Origin: an uncultured Desulfobacteraceae bacterium
GTDB lineage: Bacteria > Desulfobacterota > DSM-4660 > Desulfatiglandales > B25-G16
Reading direction: 5' to 3'
Assembly: GCA_964393665.1 (NCBI GenBank)
Contig: CAYMVB010000311.1
Location: 1 to 37,146 of the forward strand
Length of the DNA: 37,146 bases
Part shown: piece by piece, positions 34,294 to 37,146 of the stretch
Layout of the letters: the number at the start of each line of letters is the position of its first letter
Numbering within the stretch: position 1 is the stretch's first letter
Translations under genes and position numbers: made by a program
The notes under the pieces: model-generated
What the model saw: only the letters and a program-made list of their open reading frames with translations
Database searches by the model: none
Told to the model about the DNA's origin: nothing

Positions 34294-35736
34294 CTATTCT
34301 TTCTCCTTTGTTAAAACCACATAGCTTGTATGACCTTCACGCATGATAACCATAAGGAGCTGTTTCTTCGAAGATGTCTTTTTAATAATCTTTCTATAAT
34401 CACCCATATCTTTAATGGGCTCATTCTCTATTTCAAGAATCAAATCACCCCTTCGCAATCCAGCCTCATATGACGGGCTGCCTCTTGTTACACCTGAAAC
34501 TACAACTCCTTGTTCGCCTTCAATAGATAAAGACTCTGCCAGTTCGGGCGTTAGCTCCTGTACCGTTAATCCAAGTTTTTCTTCTTTCTCAGGTGCTATT
34601 TTCCCTGCTGCAGTGGCCTCCTGTTTAAGCTCTCCAACCTCAAGTGTCAGCTTCTTTTTTTCTCCCTTTCTAACAACAAGCACCTCTACTTCTTTACCTA
34701 CCGGAGTTTCTGCGACAATGGAAGGTAATAATTGCATATTTTTTACCTTCTTCCCGTCAAAGCTAACGATAACATCGCCCCTTTGCAGACCCGCCTTTTC
34801 GGCAGGACTATTCTCAGTTACCTCAGCAACAAGGGCTCCCTCTAGTTCTTCAAGCTCGAATTTCTCCTTTAATGCAGAGGTAATAGTCTGTATGGTAACA
34901 CCAATCCAACCCCTGACGACTTTCCCTTTTTCTTTCAATTGGGACATAACTGATTTCGCCATATTTATAGGGATTGCAAAGCCTATCCCTACATTTCCAC
35001 CCGTAGGAGCAACTATTGCCGTGTTAATTCCAACTACCTCGCCCTCTAAATTAAATAAGGGCCCACCTGAGTTTCCAGGGTTAATAGATGCATCTGTCTG
35101 GATAAAATTATCATATGGCCCCGCGCCAATTATCCTTCCCTTGGCGCTAACAATGCCGGCGGTTACAGTATTTCCTAAGCCAAAGGGATTACCAATAGCT
35201 ACAACCCAATCTCCTATCCTTAATTTATCAGAATCTCCAAGCTTTACAGCGGTAAGTTTTTTATCAATATCAATCTTTATTAATGCGATATCAGTTTTTT
35301 CATCCCGTCCTATGATCTTTGCCTCGTATTTCTCATCCTCAGAGAATGTTACCTGAATTTCATCCGCATCGGCAACTACGTGATTATTGGTTAGAATATA
35401 GCCATCGTCACTAACAACAAAACCTGACCCAAGGCTCCTCTGTTTCATAGTGCCCTCAGGTTCTCCACCAAAAAAGTGTTTGAAAAATTCATCTCCGAAA
35501 AAGTCCCTCATATCCTTTCCCTGAAACGGAGAAAAACTCCTTGATGTCTTTACTGTCTTTGTTGTGCTTATATTAACAGCTGCTGTTCCCTCCCTGGCTG
35601 CTAATTCTGCAAAGCTATCAGGGACAGAATTTTTAGCAAAGCTAACCTTGAATGCACCTGAACCTAATAGTAAGGTCAAGGCCATAACCATAAAAATAAA
35701 TGCCCTCATGTTCAATTTCAAACATCTTTCCTTCAT
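34294..35736 (-). CDS. htrA: Periplasmic serine endoprotease, DegP/HtrA (Do) family, two PDZ domains
   Basis: 480 aa. Signal peptide, then the catalytic triad context (TNNHVV, DIALIKI, GNSGGPL), followed by two PDZ-like segments. SD GGAGG lies 10 nt upstream. Confidence 0.95.
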   Translation of the reverse strand: MKERCLKLNMRAFIFMVMALTLLLGSGAFKVSFAKNSVPDSFAELAAREGTAAVNISTTKTVKTSRSFSPFQGKDMRDFFGDEFFKHFFGGEPEGTMKQRSLGSGFVVSDDGYILTNNHVVADADEIQVTFSEDEKYEAKIIGRDEKTDIALIKIDIDKKLTAVKLGDSDKLRIGDWVVAIGNPFGLGNTVTAGIVSAKGRIIGAGPYDNFIQTDASINPGNSGGPLFNLEGEVVGINTAIVAPTGGNVGIGFAIPINMAKSVMSQLKEKGKVVRGWIGVTIQTITSALKEKFELEELEGALVAEVTENSPAEKAGLQRGDVIVSFDGKKVKNMQLLPSIVAETPVGKEVEVLVVRKGEKKKLTLEVGELKQEATAAGKIAPEKEEKLGLTVQELTPELAESLSIEGEQGVVVSGVTRGSPSYEAGLRRGDLILEIENEPIKDMGDYRKIIKKTSSKKQLLMVIMREGHTSYVVLTKEKE

Positions 35737-35863
35737 TTCCTTTTACCTCCCTTCAAAACCCATTTATAGATTTCCAGATTTCTCACATTAAATGCGTCAA
35801 AACACACACTACTAATCTTGCTGAAAAGTAGCGCAAATATCTCTATATTTGCTACCTAATTTA

Positions 35864-36355
35864 TTATTGCTTTTTCTCTTTATCTTCTAACATTTTGAGC
35901 CTTTCGGTTGCCCTGGCCAACTCCCTTCTCATTGCAACCATCTCTTCCTGCAGCCTGGCTACCTCATCATGCTCGCCTTCATCAGTATCCAATAAACTCT
36001 CACTATCGCTACATGGTGTCGCTCCCTCTATCTGACCTCCTATGTATGCTTCGATAACACTTTTAACCATACCGGATACGCCGGTAATCGCCTCTATTCC
36101 AAATTCCCGAAAAAAGCCAATAGCCTTTGGTCCCATGCCTCCTGAAATTATAACATGCGCACCTAAACTTTTTATAAAACCAGGTACCTCTCCAGCCTCT
36201 CCGTGACTTTCATATGCCGGGTTTTTTACTGACTTTACCTCCCTTACCTTATTATCTTGAATATCTACTAATACATAATAAGGGCATCTTCCAAAATGAT
36301 GGCTTAATACAGCTTCTAACCCTCTATCATCGTCTGTTGCTAATGCGACTTTCAT
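35864..36355 (-). CDS. NifX/NifB-like (dinitrogenase FeMo-cofactor-binding fold) protein with an acidic linker and a C-terminal coiled coil
   Basis: MKVALATDDDRGLEAVLSHHFGRCPYYVLVDI...VIISGGMGPKAIGFFREFGIEAI is the NifX_NifB-family pattern. The tail is EVARLQEEMVAMRRELARATERLKMLEDKEKKQ. The ATG at 36355 has better SD spacing than the one at 36361. Confidence 0.82.
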   Translation of the reverse strand: MKVALATDDDRGLEAVLSHHFGRCPYYVLVDIQDNKVREVKSVKNPAYESHGEAGEVPGFIKSLGAHVIISGGMGPKAIGFFREFGIEAITGVSGMVKSVIEAYIGGQIEGATPCSDSESLLDTDEGEHDEVARLQEEMVAMRRELARATERLKMLEDKEKKQ

Positions 36356-37030
36356 AATCATCTTCTCCTCTTGTATAAATTTTGTTTACCATGTATTCTA
36401 GATTTATTTTAGGCCCAACCGTAAAAAATATTTCATAAGCATGATTAAAACCGCCTTACTGTCAGGCTTCTCCTCTTATGGCCTGCATGTAAAAAAGGAT
36501 CATTTCTTTACCGTGGAGACACTAAAACCGAGAATTTTCTTACATACTATCTCTAAACTTTAGTGCAGAGGGTGGCGAAAAATGAATTACTATTTTATAA
36601 ACAGGCTAGTAAATACTTTTTCCTACATGCTCAAGATTGAGCTACAAACATCCTTAACTTTTTTTGCCTATAAATCTTTTACAGTATACGAACAATTTTA
36701 TAAGAATATTAGTTTATAATCAATGTAAAGATACAAAAACGGCGTAAAATTGCGTATATAAAAGACTTATTAACAGGTTTATATGATTAGAATTTTAATA
36801 CCTGCAGCAGTAGATGTCAAGGTATGGCCTGTTTCTCTATATAAGCCACATAGATATAACCATCACAAAACCCGTGCCAACCTAAAAAAATTATCAGCGT
36901 TATCTAGGGAATCATATAATCCATTATTAAGCTTTAGGCTTTGTTGTAAAAATAAAATAGTTCTGCCCATCTACCTATATTTCCAACCGCCGTTTTAGTC
37001 AAAAAAGCTAAACGAATAATCAATCAGCTT

Positions 37031-37045
37031 TGGGTATTTTATTGC
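37031..37045 (+). promoter_or_regulatory. Sigma54-like -24/-12 element (TGG-N9-TTGC)
   Basis: TGGGTATTTTATTGC has GG and GC at the canonical spacing of TGGCACG-N4-TTGC. The gene it would drive, if any, lies beyond the window end. Confidence 0.2.
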
Positions 37046-37146
37046 CAAACTTTCTTTGTCTTTTCAGGTTTAACCTTGACGAAAATCCCGCACACAGTGT
37101 AAGTTTATGCAATGATTGATCTTGCTAAAATAAAAACTCAGCTCGG

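Noticed and set aside
34415-35356. 313-aa ORF antisense to htrA, the longest of many shadow ORFs (others include 9607..9930, 10629..11048, 11958..12359, 13091..13453 and 15373..15741)
   Set aside because: The translation is S/T/P/F-rich low complexity with no SD. It lies in the frame complementary to a strongly supported protease gene. Such shadow ORFs arise when the sense gene avoids TTA, CTA and TCA codons in that phase.
36783-36998. 71-aa ORF in the terminal AT-rich region
   Set aside because: It has no SD, an odd composition, and no recognisable motif. It is probably a chance ORF.

Overview
AT-rich (by eye about 40% GC) chromosomal segment from an anaerobic bacterium. The gene content (ferredoxin-dependent 2-oxoacid oxidoreductases, beta-oxidation, a long HflX form) looks Desulfobacterota/Nitrospirota-like, but I cannot place it from sequence alone. 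The window is almost entirely core metabolism and housekeeping. In order it holds: a 5'-truncated LuxR-type regulator; a QNG1/DUF2419 queuosine-salvage gene; a DUF2914-like secreted protein followed by a CdaA diadenylate cyclase fused to YbbR/CdaR-like domains; a transglutaminase-like protein; a valS-nadC-cobB string; a hyper-acidic protein; a Bacillus-type fadN-fadA-fadE beta-oxidation operon; a four-subunit 2-oxoacid:ferredoxin oxidoreductase (OFOR) operon; gltX; an enoyl-CoA hydratase; a second, diverged OFOR operon followed by an ACT-domain gene and an acyl-CoA dehydrogenase; a CDP-alcohol phosphatidyltransferase; apbE; hflX; dnaB-rplI-rpsR-rpsF; htrA/degP; and a NifX-like protein. I found no rRNA, tRNA, CRISPR array, transposase, integrase or recognisable defence gene. 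I cannot support a claim of a new multi-gene system here. Four stretches are not explained by ordinary annotation: (1) a 686-bp 3'-3' intergenic region (21691-22376) built from repeated head-plus-heptanucleotide-array modules; (2) a GC-rich three-hairpin element ending in an intrinsic terminator just after the queuosine-salvage gene (659-790); (3) the CdaA::YbbR fusion; (4) an hflX reading frame that stays open and protein-like for 39 codons upstream of its first ATG, with no canonical start but a well-placed SD plus ATA. Several ORF-track starts are over-extended and were trimmed to the start codon that has a Shine-Dalgarno (SD) sequence.
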